64,000 nt of DNA from Azolla caroliniana (lineage: Eukaryota > Plantae > Polypodiophyta): assembly GCA_043228905.1 (NCBI GenBank), contig JBHGNT010000012.1, positions 17,608,001-17,672,000 on the forward strand, in the 5' to 3' direction. This document shows, in pieces, positions 48,460 through 62,558 of the stretch; within the stretch, counting starts at the first letter, position 1, and each line of letters begins with the position of its first letter. The notes under the pieces are model-generated. The model ran no database searches, was not told the DNA's origin, and saw only the letters and a list, made by a program, of their open reading frames with translations. A program made the translations under genes and the position numbers.

Positions 48460-51400
48460 GACAAACTTTTAGCTAAGTTTGGTGATGACAATCACCATAT
48501 TCTCAAATACATGAACTCAACTATTTATCAAGACATGTAGGAAATATCAATCAAGTCAAACAATATACTATCAAGGTCCAATTAAATTAATATTAAAACA
48601 AATAAGAACTAGAGTTAAATTTAAATAGGTTAAAAGTTGTATATACAAAACAAAATACATTGTCAATGCTTCTTTGCATATGTGACAAGCAAGCACAACA
48701 ATGTTAATGTCCCAGAAACATGGGTGGACCAAGCAAGCTCTTCACGTAGATAGAATATTTTGTACATCATAGGCATTTGCACCCCATGCATGCAATAAAG
48801 ATGAAGGACAACAATGGGTTTGAGAGATAAAGATGGACTAACATTACATGTGAAAGAATTGAGGCATTCGAGGTCCCCAATATGAAAGCCTAGATAAATT
48901 AAAAATGCATGAGCATGATGGTGCAATGGTAAAGTTTTCGCTTTGTGATGTTGAGCTTACTTGTCATGTTGTGAGCTTTTTATAACTTTAGTTTGAGATC
49001 GCACACTATCACATTTTGTTCTCGAACAATCACTTTATGAGATTGACATTTTCCACATAGCAATACGAGTGAAAAAGTTGCATGTAGTATGACTAGATTT
49101 GTCTTTCTAAATAGACAAATTATTTCTTGCAGATTCCCAAGTTATGAAATCTAGGCTGATTAGAGGGAGTTGGAAAGTAGAGAAATTAATCAAATGTTTG
49201 AACAATAAAGATTATTAAAATGAGATTTATTTAATGTTAAGTTTGTGGGACAAGTGTAATCCTTCCCGATAAGCATAATAAGTATAATAGTGTAACGGGA
49301 CAAAAACTTCAACCATAAGCATCATTCTTATCGATTTGGACAATTGGAATATCCCAAAATCCTTGAGGAAAATAGAATGATTATACACAAATTTGAAAGG
49401 GATGTGGACGAAGGGACGGTGGAAGATGGTTCGGGCAACAAAATTATGTGTTTGTTCAACAATAAACAAATCCCAAAGTCATTAAATTAAAAAATGATCA
49501 AAAGCCTAATAATTGATCAATTGAAGTGTGATAGAGAAGTTACGGACATGTTCTAGAACTAAAAATTGTGAATAATGTTACCAAACCGTCAAGGGAGTCA
49601 AAATTCTTGATAGTTCACATACCTTCGTAATAATGAAATAGAGTTGCCTTCCAAATTAGGACTATGAAAAGGTTGAATAGTTAGTTGGGAGGACTTGTAA
49701 TAAGGTTATTAAGTTGCAAATAGCACGACATCTTGACGCAAGATGAAATGGCTCAAGTTGTGTGGGTTAGATCAACTTCGTTCCTTCGTTGATTTCTATG
49801 CTTGGTGTATATCTCATTGAAACAAAACCCACCTACCTATAGTGAACAATACATTGCTTCATCAACAGATTCCTATTCTACGCTTTCAAAAAATCGGTGT
49901 CAAGTTATAGGGAGATTAAAATGTCTAACATTGTGTAGTAAATGTAGTTTGAGACCATGCCTACTATCAATTTGCTCTTAAAAACTAGCATTACAATCAT
50001 GAAATCAAAATATCTTCGACGATGCAAACAACAAAAAGGACAACATTTCTTTTGGTAGGCATAACAAAATGAGAATTTACCAACTTTAAAAACTAAATAT
50101 ATAAGGAGAGAATATAAGACCAATAGAGAAGCATAAAGAGCATGACCATCCAAACATTACTCCAGGTAAATAGAACAAAAAAAGGTTATAGTTGGTGAAT
50201 TTCATTGGTGATGAAGGCTTAGTATCAATACCATGTTCTTTCAATGAATGGTTGGTAAGAGAGACAAGAGAAAGCAAGACAAAGTATTAAATGACAAACA
50301 CCGGTACGTAGTGGACAAATTCTAAACTAAGCAATAAACAATATGAATATTAGCTTTTTTGCTTTTGCTTTTTCTTGTGAAGATCAAAATACCTCTAAAT
50401 TATGAGAGAGAGTGATCGAATATCGCTAATTAGTTATTAAATATTAGGGTCACTTAATGCTTGAAAGGCATCGCTGCCCGCATAATAGCAGAACATGATG
50501 TCCATTACATGGAAATTCAAACAAGAGCAAACGCCATTTCATGGATATAGGTTCCTATTTGTTAAGATTGAAAAATAACGAGAGATCTATATGGCTTCCA
50601 ATTTGGCCATCGCAAATGGTAAATTAGTAGATTGACTTGGATAGTAGCAACCAACATTTAGAAAATATCTAGAAATACTTTCAAATAGGCATGGTGATAT
50701 CACATCTACCCCTTGTAAATTGTAATTTCAATAACATCCATGGTGAAGAGTAAGAGGATAAATAATAAGGTTCCCACATTGTGGAACATTGTAATTGCAC
50801 AAAAGATATGACAACATTGATATATGTCCTCTTTACGTTTTTAGGTGTGCATTTGAGAGAACTATTTTTTTATCATTTCCGTAAAAGCAATCTTTTGTTA
50901 TGGTTGTTTCCGATACAAGTTAATGTTGAGCATTTTTGTGTTGTACACATACGAGTACTGAAAAAGACTTGGCATTCAAGTGGATTATATGTGTCCAAAG
51001 CCCCTAGTGGATGAACATGGTTGCATGTCGGTTGTAGAAAGGAATCGAACAAGCCTAAGCATGAGAGGCTAAGAATGAGAATAGAAATCTATGATTTTTC
51101 TATCTTGCATAGTCTACTTCATACATAATGGAGTGAGTGATATTCGTGAACGAGCGCCCAAAGGATACGATGCATATGGGAGCATCTTTTGAGTTTGGTA
51201 GGTTTGTTAGTGGGCTCCCGGTTCAAAAGAGGATGTCATGGATACTATAGAAGCATGGGCATGAGAGAGAGATATTGTGAGATGTGATAAGGTTAAGGTG
51301 GGACATATGAATATATAAATTGCAAGAGGGGAGAATTATGTGAGCCACTAAAGATTGCCATTGCTACAAAGATCTTTTTGTTTGATTTCTGCGGCTAGAG

Positions 51401-53187
51401 GAAATTGTCGTGACGAAAAGATTCTGAACGGGGAGAATATTTGTTCTAGCCACAAGTTCTGAATATTCTTTGCAAAAACATTGGCATTATCTAGTTATGA
51501 TCATTTCTAGATTGTTAATTAGGAAAGCTCATAATAAACAACACATTCTATCATATCCGACTTGGAAATGTGAATTTATGTGATGTTCTTGTTCGGGGGT
51601 AACACATGCATTACATTATGAGTCCCCTATTCTGCGTGCTTGATTTATGTAAAAAGGGAACCATTCGCTAAATGATAGACACCCAAGGGGCCATATAATT
51701 CAAGGCTCTACACAATGTTTGTTATATTTCCGTACATGCATTATTGTTCGTTGCTTTCCCATTTGTACATTCAATCAATGTGTGTAGTATTGGAAACCGT
51801 AAAATTCTAACACTTTTAACGGTGTCATCATTCAAGCTATGATTTTTTACTTTGTAAACCATAGATCATCACTTGGCGTGTCAATCCAATATTTCCAAGT
51901 TGGAAACAAGTGTTTTAATGGAGTGGGTCTCTCTCAATGTGACATCCTAATTCAGCATTGGACTAACATGAGCATGGTCTTGTAAATTCGAAGATCATAA
52001 CCACATATGCAAGGTGCAAGATTTATGTATAATGCTAAAATGTAGTGTATGACTATTGTGGACAAAGTAGCATATATGCATGTTGTAGGTTGTAGCCACT
52101 AGGACACCTAATCTTCCGTCACGATATTCCTACTATTATGGTGATCTTCATTTGTGCCCTCATGATTTTGTCGATGCTTAAAATTTTCAACTCTTTGTTG
52201 CAACATATATTTGAGCTTAAATATATAAACATAAATAAAACAACCAAACATAAAGAAAAAAAGCTTACACGACTAAGCTCAACCAACAAAATTTCCCCAC
52301 TAGATAGGGGCTGTTGGCTAGGGCCATGAGCTTCTAGGAGGTTCAATGGTCAATACAACACCTTTCTTGCATCAAGTTACCCATTGATCTCCACAATTTA
52401 CAGCTCATGGGCCATCAGTTTCAAAAGTTCATTTGGTTACGTTTCTTACCAAGAGGGAGGGATCGTGGGGGCCATCTTCCCACTATTTACCGTGGAAGGT
52501 CGAGTACAGAGGGGCTCTACGAATGCACTTTGGCTACATAGTAGAAAGTCATGGGATGGTCAGGATTACGGTCCATATTACATGTACATATGAGTTATAT
52601 TAAGACATTTGCGGTGGACATGATCACCCAAAACGTATGTGGTGTCTCTCACATAAAGGGTGGGGGCATTGACAGATCTGTATATATATATTATGCACGT
52701 TCGAGTGTGTCAAACATTATGGATGATGCATCATGAGGCATTAGGCATTGATTGATAGTGGGGTGGGCTACCAGGAATGCAAGTTGGGCGAGTCAAGATC
52801 ACGTTTGGAGGGGGGGGGTGTGTGCGTGTGTGCACATGCATCGTGGGAAATAAAGGGAGAGAGATATTTATTCTATTCATTGGCTAATGTTTTAAGGGTT
52901 AAGGTTGTGTGCGTAGGTGTGGGAGGGGGCCCCCCAAGAAATGGGAAGATATAGCTCAGGTTCGGTCCCATGCCTCAGGTACGGGAATGAGGTAGGGAGG
53001 TGGAGCAAGCCTCCACGTAGGCATGGGAGGTGGAGACACTCTGAGGCTGCCACGTAGGTTCGGGGAAGATATTTCTCCTCCCCGAGGCTCCACGTCGGCT
53101 CGGGAGAGATATTTGTGCGTGGAGGAATTCTGTGTTATTAAGGATTCTTCTCTTTCTTTCTTTCTTTTAAATCCGCCCCCCCCCCCC

Positions 53188-53222
53188 CGCTGACGTGGAA
53201 GCTCACATCATCCACGTCAGCG
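53188..53222. promoter_or_regulatory. Inverted pair of Hex/G-box-type bZIP motifs
   Basis: CGCTGACGTGGA-N11-TCCACGTCAGCG. More CCACGT cores lie near 53012-53095, and ACACGTGGC at 53631. Confidence 0.5.
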
Positions 53223-53764
53223 TATTAATTTAAAAAAAACACTGAGCAGTTATTTACTGTTTTTTTGTTGTTGTTTTTTTGCTCTCTAGTCTTCGATTCT
53301 CTTTTTAATTCTTGTTCGATTTTCTGGTTTTTCTAATTTATTTAGTTAATAAATAACTAATAATGATTCATTATATTTTAATCTTTGAAATTGTCTCTAA
53401 AAATCTTGAATTTTATAATTTAATTTTTAAACTATGGCATGAGGGTTTTTGTTTTTTAAACACTCTTTTAATTTTTAAATTTCTGTTAATATTATTTCTT
53501 ATTTACTTTTCTGGGTTTTATGTTTTTATTTCTGAAAAGGAAAATTTTTAATACCCGTAAAAGGAAAGACGTGTTTGTTTTCTTACTAAAATAGGGAAGC
53601 GAAAAGAAAGGAAAGAAGATCGTCGACCGAACACGTGGCAGCGCGCAGCATCAGTAATTTTAAATTAATTACTTATTTATTCCCTCGATTAACTTATTTG
53701 ATTAATTATTTATTTGCCCCATTTTATTTTTTATTTTTTATAAATAAAAGAATTTCTAGCGGAA

Positions 53765-53771
53765 TATAAAG
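53765..53771 (+). promoter_or_regulatory. Candidate TATA box of the thioredoxin gene
   Basis: TATAAAG follows an AT-rich region and G-box, and precedes a CT-rich leader. Confidence 0.5.
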
Positions 53772-53794
53772 AGCGACGCCCGGCGATGGCGGAA

Positions 53795-53944
53795 ACACAG
53801 TCAGACCAAGAACCAGACTCTAGGGTTAGGGTTAGGGTTAGGGTTAGGATTTAGAAGGGACACAGTCAGACCAAGAACCAGACTCTAGGGTTAGGGTTAG
53901 GGTTAGGGTTAGGGTTAGGATTTAGAAGAGACACAGTCAGACCA
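53795..53944 (+). repeat. 65/71-bp tandem duplication containing (TAGGGT)4 and (TAGGGT)5
   Basis: ACACAGTCAGACCA starts at 53795, 53860 and 53931. Confidence 0.92.
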
Positions 53945-54471
53945 CAGAAAGAAACGAAACGAACGATCGAAGAAAAGAACAGACAAGCGTTACTCACTCT
54001 CTTCTTTCTTCTTCTTCTTCTTCTTCTTCTTTGCAACGCCTGTTTTTCGTTGGAACGAAGAAGGAAAGAACAGGGAGGTGTTACTGCTTGCTTGCTTCTT
54101 CTCCTCCTCCTCCTCAACGCCTGTTTCTTCTTTTTCCTCATCTTTCCTTGTTTTACCTCTCTCTGTGCCAAGATCGACGACATTTCCGGTCAGAATCGAG
54201 GGGAAGAGTGTAGACGGATATATTGTTCAGTAGCAGAAGCCATATTCTGGACCTCTGTATTTGCGGATGCTCTCTTGATCTGCTCGAAAATTCTTCTGAA
54301 TCTGTGTGCCAAGATAAGGAGGTTCGTTGATCTGAACGCCATTGATCCTTCTTTTGGAACCTTTCTTGGTCTGTCAGGTAGCACTAAATCTTGAAGAAAA
54401 TTACCATAAATTCTACAATCTAGATATCCATCGCCTACAAGAAATTATCTAGTTTTAAAACCTCCTTGATC

Positions 54472-56028
54472 ATGGCTCTCTGCAATATCCCCCATGCTTC
54501 TTCGAACCTCCTTAGCCTGCAGGCTGATACTGCAACATCCAGCGCAAGATTCTCTTCGATTTATAACTATTCTTCTTCAGCCGCCTATCCATCTAATTAC
54601 TTCTCTGTGTCTTCTACTTCCTCATCAACTCCTCTTTCACATTCTTCTTCCTCTTATACGTCTTCTTCTCCCTGTAGTCCCACAGTAACTACTTGTCAAT
54701 ATGTTTCCAAATCAAGCTCTACCACTACGACTACTAAGACCTCTGTGCACAAGCTTGCGCCTCTTGTCTCTCCTCCTTCCAGTAGTGTTAATCATCAACA
54801 TCATCATGGAGGAGGAGATTGGAATTCTCGGATGCTATTCAACCGAGGTGGAAGTACGCATTCGGTGAAAGACGTGGACAAGGACACCTTCTGGCCCACT
54901 GTGGAGGCTGCAGGAGACAAACTAGTGGTCCTCGACTTATACACTCGTTGGTAAGTGTTAAGAAACTCTGGATTTGTTGTGGAGGATCTGCTTTGTGCAT
55001 GCAATGGTTGTCTGGAATGAAACACTTTTCTGCTACAGAAGTCACCTGATGTATGACTTGATGATGCTTGGAAATTCGTTATGGAAGCAGCTTATATGAT
55101 AGCCTCAACTAGTCTCTTCATTCATACTGGTTTAGCTTAGTTATTTATAAGTATATGAAGCTGGGAATCAATCATTTCATATAAAATTTCTGAGAATTAA
55201 TTTAAAAAAAGTCTTTGTTGATTGATCCAAGCGATCTTCAGGTAATCCAGATCCTTCATTTGAGTAGGAATGTAATGCTGAACCAAGCGGACTTTAAATT
55301 GTTGAATCCATCAGGATATTTCGCTACTATGTTTTCAGGATCTAGCTAGTTATAGGAATCTTGGCGATGTTTCAGATCTTGGAACATACTAGTTCATTAT
55401 AATTGGAGCTTTTAATTTATACATTGATTGAGCACTTGTGTTTCTAAATCGTGAATGATGCTTGAGTTTCTTAGCGAATTTGATATGAGCCCCTGCCTTA
55501 TGATGTCTGTCTGCCCTCTGCTCTACGCGTCTGACTTTAAATTAATTTAATAATGGCAGGTGTGGACCGTGTAGATTGATCTATCCAAAGTTTGTGAAGC
55601 TTTCTGACCAGTATGATGATGTGGTATTCTTGAAACTGGACTGCAGCAATGACAACAAGGTAACTATTCGATCTCCCTGATACCTAGGCCTTATATAGAT
55701 CTAATGGTTGCATATAGTTCTCAAGCTTTTTCTAGATCCACAAATCCTAATAATCTGTTTAGCTTTGGAACTGATCCTGTGCTTGATATTTGTTGCTATG
55801 CAGTATCTTTTCAGCAAAATGGGTGTGGGCATCCTCCCCACTTTCAAGATATTCAGGAACAATAGCCTGGTCTCGGAAGTGAAGGGTGCAAAGTATGAGG
55901 AGCTAGTTCGAAAGATCGAGAAGGCAAGACTCTCGGGCCCTACTGTGTCAATGACAGCAGCTAATAACGAGGAAGTGGATGTGGATGTTAACACTAAGGA
56001 TCTGAATCTTGTAACCTTACCATGTTGA
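54472..56028 (+). CDS. TRXf: Plastid thioredoxin f-type, 3 exons (54472-54950, 55560-55659, 55804-56028), 267 aa
   Basis: Ser-rich transit peptide, VDKDTFWP.VEAAGDKLVVLDLYTRW|CGPC, VVFLKLDC, PTFKI and GAKYEEL. GT-AG introns keep the frame (479+100+225=804 nt). Confidence 0.92.
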
Positions 56029-56745
56029 TTATTAAATCATCAAAAGAAAGACTGATTATAAACGTTTTTTGATGACAAATCTGTCATTTCTTCTCTTTTT
56101 CCTTTTCCCCCAGCTTATTATCCTAGTAGTAGTAAAGCTATTAGGTCACCAATCCACATGAGGTTATGCGATCGAATCCTTGCCCCCACACATGTTATTA
56201 CTCTTATACATATATCTAATCACTTGTCTTAAATTATATGTTGCATGGGTGTGTGTATCCATATACTTCCAACAATCAGATCTAAGTTTGAACTCAAATC
56301 TGTGAATGGATACTCTTTCTTTCGCTAGAATTATGTGGTTCTCAAGCTTTTCTGAAACCCTAGAAGTGAGGTCAACATGGTTTGTACTCCCTATTCCCAC
56401 ATGTTGCTTCTTTTTAAAGTACATGTCCTCCACAATGATTGATTGGTCTAGCTTAAGAAGACGAGGAAATCAGCTTGCAAAGTATAGCAAATCCTTCCTG
56501 ATTTTGAATCAGCTTGCAAAGTAGAGCAAGTCCTTTCTGATTTCGAATCAGGTATAATAATAACAGTAACAATTTATGGTGGTTGGAGGAAATTATTCCT
56601 ATTGTTCTGGGATGAAATGGCTCTTTATTGTTTTGTCATGTGAATAGTATCTTCGATTCAATAGGGAGGGCATCAGATTCAACAGAATTTTAGTAGTTTC
56701 GGCTCAATTAGGGGAAAGTCATTTAGGTTCTGCCGGATTGGATTG

Positions 56746-56920
56746 TTTCAATTGGGTTGGATTGCATCAATTACATTCAACCTCCCTGTGCTATTGAATC
56801 GGACTAATTGGTGATTAGTTGTGGTTGGAAATTTCAATTGGGTTGGATTGCATCAATTGCATTTAACCTCCCTCTGCTATTGAATCGGACTAATTGGTGA
56901 ATAGTTTTGTGGTTGGAAAT
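56746..56920. repeat. 86-bp tandem duplication
   Basis: TTTCAATTGGGTTGGATTGCATCAATT at 56746 and 56832. Confidence 0.9.
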
Positions 56921-57169
56921 GATCTCAAAATGGTATTTGAGGATAGACCCACTTTTTTTCTCATAAAAAAGATCATATAGTATCAGAATATATAGCTTCA
57001 TTTATTCTCATTGAGACAGTGCACTCAATCAAATATGACCTGGGAGGGAGTGAGTGTTAAAAAACATTTTCATGTAGTGTATAATGCTTGTATGTGTGTA
57101 TATATAGAGGGAGTGTTTCAAGAGCCCTCGAAGAGAAGATGTAATAAAAAGGGGATTGATTGAGGGCTC

Positions 57170-57503
57170 ATTTTGGGGTTCGAGGACAAATTCCATGCGC
57201 CCTATCCGGCAATGCCTATTTTCTCCAATGGACACGATTTTGGGCACTTTGGACCATTTGGACAGCCCGCAATAATAAGGTCTTTGATCGAAACCAACTG
57301 CATGAAGTTAGCTTCTTTAAGCAATCCCTCGGGCAATCTCTATTTGATTGTCTGCAACTTAGAGACATCACACTCCAAATTTACAACCTTTGCTTTGAGT
57401 GCTTTTAAGCTTTTTAGTGTCTAATCGACACTTCTATTTTTTCTTTATTCTTTGTGGTTTTCACCTCACTTTGAGGTTTCCCACTTTGTGTTACAAAAAA
57501 AAA
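57170..57503 (+). mobile_element. 3' end of an L1-type LINE
   Basis: FWALWTIWTARNNKVF motif, followed by a short 3' region and A9 at 57495-57503. Confidence 0.6.
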
Positions 57504-57678
57504 GATTTTAGAGGGTTTAGGGAGAGCTTGAGGGCTTCTTCTTCTTCTTCATTTCACAACTTCAGAGATTTTAGAGGGTTTAGGGAGGGCTTGTGGGCTG
57601 CTTTTTCTTATTCATTTCACAATTTTGGGGATTCTAGAGGGTTTAGGGAGAGCTTGTGGGCTTCTTCTTCTTCTTCTT
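57504..57678 (+). repeat. 63-bp tandem repeat, about 2.8 copies
   Basis: GATT(T/C)TAGAGGGTTTAGGGAG at 57504, 57567 and 57630. Confidence 0.9.
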
Positions 57679-60299
57679 ACTACTTGGGTTGCTTTAGGGT
57701 TGTTGATGATGGAAGAGATGAATGAAAGAGTTGGAGACGTTGTCGTGAAGTAGGAAGGCTTCTTGGCATCACCCGCCTTTTTTGTGTATCAAATCGACTT
57801 TACCCACCTTTGTGTGAATATTGGATGGCTTTATCATTATATAATGGGATGGAATGAGCGAGCGAGTGTGTGGATGAGTCACATGAAGATCTTCCATAAT
57901 AGAATACATGGGAAAAAAATGCATACAATGATAATAAAGCTCTCAACTACATAGTTATGTGACATTGTGATTCGTGATGACCCCCCTTTACATAGTTATG
58001 TGACATCGTGATTTGTGATGACCCCCGCTTGAAAATATCTTTGAAACTTTTACTTAATGTTTACATATGGCAAGCAAACATGTGGTTTTTTGCTTCGTCG
58101 CTTTTCTGTCCTAGAAGTGCGAGTTTTGATTGTCTCTTTTTGGATCGAGAAATCGAGGCATCCTCCTTATCGGAGAAAAAGAGGTGGGGATGAACGAACT
58201 TGTGTCCACATAAAAAGGCATCAGTGCACTCAATCAATGATTGTGCACCCAACACTCATATTATTATAGAGAGAAAGACTTGACCAATCTACATTCTGCG
58301 CAAAACAATGTGTATCTACTTCCGAGCATTTCTTTCATTCACCTTTTTGTGATATTTATGATGGACTCATTGGCAAAATGAAATCAGAGCATGTACTTAA
58401 TATAACGTAATTGCGAACTCGAGTGAGTAAAACTTGTAATTCGTGGTAAGATAAAACTGCTCTTACAATAACCACATTTGGTCAAAACCTTTTTATGAAA
58501 AGAAAATACTTTTTGGGTGGAGTGAAACCTTGTCGTAGTTTGAAAGTCCATGAAACATTAATTACATGAATCTAAATTGAAGGTCCATTCCAATATTTTA
58601 TGTTGAGCTTGAATTGTATCCAATGAGGTTTGTCACATGATGCGAAAAATGCGGAATCTTGGAAATTTGCTCCAACCTTGTACACTGGACAACTAAGGTG
58701 TGCTTTTCCGAATTCCAAAGTGAAATCTTAATGGTATAGTCTATAGAACAAGGGCACTCAATTAATTGGTAAGGTGGTTCAACAAAGACCATGAGAGAGT
58801 TGTTTCTAACAATGCTCCCATTTTTGCAAGTCACACAAGACATAAATAAGCACAAGTTAAAAACATGTGTGATTCTTTCACGAAAGAATTTCTTGGGTCA
58901 GCAACCCTAGTTACTCATTGCTTGTTGAGGATTAGTAGTATTCAACTATTTTGTGCATTTTCCATGAAATTTTACCTTCGAAATCCATTGTATTTCTCAT
59001 TGTCTTCCACTTTGTCAATGTTACTGTACAAATTTTCAAAAATTTCATTGTTTTCCAAATCCATTGTATTTATATGACCTTCCAAATGTTTCGCATTTCT
59101 TAATTATCTTCTGTATTGACAATTTTCACCTAGTCTTACCTGAGCCCAAATATGCTTATAATCTTGAAAGCTTCCAAGTTACCCATATTGAAAGCTTTAC
59201 ACTTAAAACTAGTTAAAAATGTACATGCAAATCAAAATAGTACGTGGCCTTAAAAATGTATATACAAATCCAAATAGTACGTTGTCTTCTCATATGTCAA
59301 ATGTGGGTCCCTACATTTAGATGTGTTTTGAAGGTTTAATAAGTGAACGTGGATGACTTGAATAGGATTCAATCATTATGATTCAATCAAGTAGGCACAA
59401 GTATAGCCTTATGTCCAATCAACAAAAAACTTGCAAACACTTGCAAGCTCGACATAAGAGTGGTGAATGAGGATTCAACAAGTGAATCTAATTGTTCTTT
59501 TAGAAAGTGTAAGGGAAAATGAGTAAATATTGGATTACATCACCATGGAAAAAGATGTATTGTCAAATATTTATATTAAGTGGTATGGCCCAAATAATCC
59601 CAACATTGTGTGTGAAAATGTTGGTAAGGGTATTTGTTCTCTCTCTCCATAGAAGCACCTCATATATTGAAACAACATGACAAATACAACTAACCCAACC
59701 CATATGAGACATAATGTGGGTATCAATCACCAACTTACATGGTCATATGCCTTGAAGTTCTCAATATCACGTTATGTGGTCAACATTTCTTGCTTCAATA
59801 ATTAATTCCTTAGCGTGGATACACAGACGTTATACATCCCACCCATCAATGGGATTGGCCTCCTCTGTCCAAGAGAGACAATTTGATAGAAACTTAATGA
59901 CACCAAGTTTCAATAGCTAAATTCTAGACTTCTTAAGGAGACCAAATTTCTATGCCCAACAACAAAGGCCTTTAACTTTGTAATTCCATACCAATATGGT
60001 CTTTTACCACCTTCCTTTATTTATATCTTCTTCCAAAGTTATAATGTTCACTATCTCATCTCATCATTAATCAAGCACTCCTAAGCCAAAAGTTTCGTGA
60101 AATGTTTAATATACTTATCCATAATATATGGGGATTTGTACTCAAATTACCATTTTGTTTTCAAGAAAACATATTCTTCCATTAATTTTAAAAAGCATAT
60201 CAGCTACAAAATACAAAATAGATGGAAAGGAAGTGACTATCCTTCCCTAGCCCGTCTTGTGTAAGACAATGGCTAACCATGAATCCTTCGTTTGATAGA

Positions 60300-61320
60300 C
60301 TTGATTGAGCACTTCCTCCAAAGCTAAGACATACCATGAATTTGCATATGCTCAAAGCAAATCAATCTTCCTCATCATGTTTGTATTCCACATATCCAAA
60401 TACCACATTTGGGTCATCTAATCCTTGAACAACTACATGCATCCAATATACCACCACATTTACCATGACCAAGCATCCTCTATTTTCCACATTCAACATA
60501 AAACTCAAGGAAAGCATTATGGTATAGAGGTCATTTTGTATGCCTCGATCTATGATTTTAGCATGTATGAGCATGCCTTCATGTACAACCATGTGATTGG
60601 CACCCACCTTAAGGGATCTCAACCCATCGAATAGTTTATATGCATTCAATAAACTTCCACATCTTCCACATGTTGCATGCATATCAGTAGTGCTTCCAAT
60701 GAGCATATCCACATCGATACCTAACTGAGTGATGGCAACATGGAGTTCTTTTCCTTCTTTTAAATCAAATGTGTTTGAACATGAAAACCACATCTTGAAT
60801 ACAAGATTTGAAGAACAATGACTCCATCCATCTCATAAGAAGAAATGGAATTCTGCATACTTATCAATTAGCATATTAGTGATTACAAGATCATGTTCCG
60901 AACCCTGTTTTCAAATACAAATGTGCACTTCTTATCCATTTTCTATTGCTCAAAAACTTCCACATGTTTTCAAGACACAAACAATGCGATGACATTCAGA
61001 GATATACCTTCCGAATGCATACATAACTGCCATATAAAAGCATCCTCCTCCCCCACCTGTTTTCAATCTATCTTGAAATCAGTGTAGTCTTTAGTGTCTC
61101 CGCAAGAAAGGCACATTTCATATACATATTCAACAAGACAATTCCAATCACATTATTTTCAAGTAATCCTTTCTTTTTTATCACCACATCCATTCCTTGG
61201 CCTTTTCTAACAACACGTGCATGTTCACCTCTTTTCAAGATACAAATCAGAGCTAAAGTATTGAGAAAGATACCCTAATCTTGCATAAACTGAACATAAT
61301 TCTATGCTTCTTTATTTTTA
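60300..61320 (-). pseudogene. PLS-class pentatricopeptide-repeat pseudogene
   Basis: DLKEGKELHVAI...GIDVDMLIGS..DMHA.CG; CGSLLNAYKLFDGL; HEGMLIHAKIIDRG. Many frameshifts. Confidence 0.7.
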
Positions 61321-62074
61321 AGAATTAGGCAATTAACTACGGGTTAATTAGTACCTAATTATGTGATTAAGCAGCAGAAGATTATGTGATGTGTGTGTAT
61401 GTATGTGAGAGTGTGAGAGGAAGAACACTTATGAACGACGAGACAAGATAAGGGATGATTAACTATATTAAAAAGCATCATCAAATACAAAAATACCCAC
61501 AACGAGGTATATATATATCTCATGTGCAAAGGTGCACATGTGTGAGTAGAATATAGGTACAAATGTGTAAGTCTTATATTAAATGAACATGGGAGTGGAG
61601 GATCTACAATGTATCCCACTCAAGTACAAAATCCTATTTAAGGCTTTAAGGTCAACACACTAACTAGATTTTATCTAGGTAACTACTAAGTTACGTGTGT
61701 TGACTAAATGAATAAACTAATTTAAGCTTGATATCTCAACATTTATCTTGGTCATTCTCTACATATCCTATAATGAGTGAGGTCCAAAGTACCACATTTG
61801 AAAGCCATGTGTAAAAATATTATCATTTTCAGCTTTTAATGAGCTCATCCATTCCGACGAAACAGAAAAATTTGTTCCCTTTCTATATATCTCCCATGTT
61901 GCCACATGCTTTCAACAAACTAGAAAATAAGTCTCAAAGGTCTTTCTTCTTGGCCCAAGCCTTGAGATTGCACAGAATCTCCGTTATTTCTTTCTTTTCA
62001 ATTGCTCATAGACTATCATTGACTGACATAACTCCCAAGACAATACCAAGAACAATTATACATAGCCACATGCC

Positions 62075-62400
62075 TCATATCAGTGGAGGAATTACCCAAA
62101 GAGGTGGCTGATACTTCCAATGTATACAACAATTAACCATGTAAAATACATTCATCCTTTCCCATCTCTTCTTAAAAACCTCTTTCTTTTGAAAGACTAC
62201 ATCTGGATCACCCTTGATAGCGTCATATTCTCCTTTTAGTGTATGCACCAAGGTCAACAAAATCTCCTTCACTACATCCACAATATTTTATTGAATTTGC
62301 TGAAATATCCTTTGACATCTACTAGCCCACAAAACCCATAATGTTATGGAACTAATAGTCTCCCAAACCACCCCATTCTGTACTGAATTAATAGGCATAC
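62075..62400 (-). mobile_element. LINE ORF2 C-terminal fragment
   Basis: WETISSITLWVLWASRCQRIF motif. Confidence 0.6.
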
Positions 62401-62558
62401 ACGACGACACTTCCTCAACATATCGACCTCTTGTATGTAATGCAAAGATAACCTTTTCTTGTTCAAGTTTTCCACATAAAAGATGTTGTGTCTCTGTACT
62501 TGTCTTTTTTGCCTTCTCATTTTCTACCTGTGTATTGTCTGCCTTGATTCTTTGCACC

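Noticed and set aside
48915-48940. A-box-like TGGTGCAATGGTAAAG
   Set aside because: No B-box at a suitable distance.
48650-50300. Highly decayed LINE-like sequence on the plus strand
   Set aside because: Only faint motifs (LRKIE...GRWKMV...LC), and the boundaries cannot be supported.
51030-51055. B-box-like GTTCGATTCC on the minus strand
   Set aside because: No convincing A-box.
53821-53915. True telomere or chromosome-fusion scar
   Set aside because: Only 4-5 hexamers per array, inside a local duplication at a promoter, with no head-to-head arrangement.
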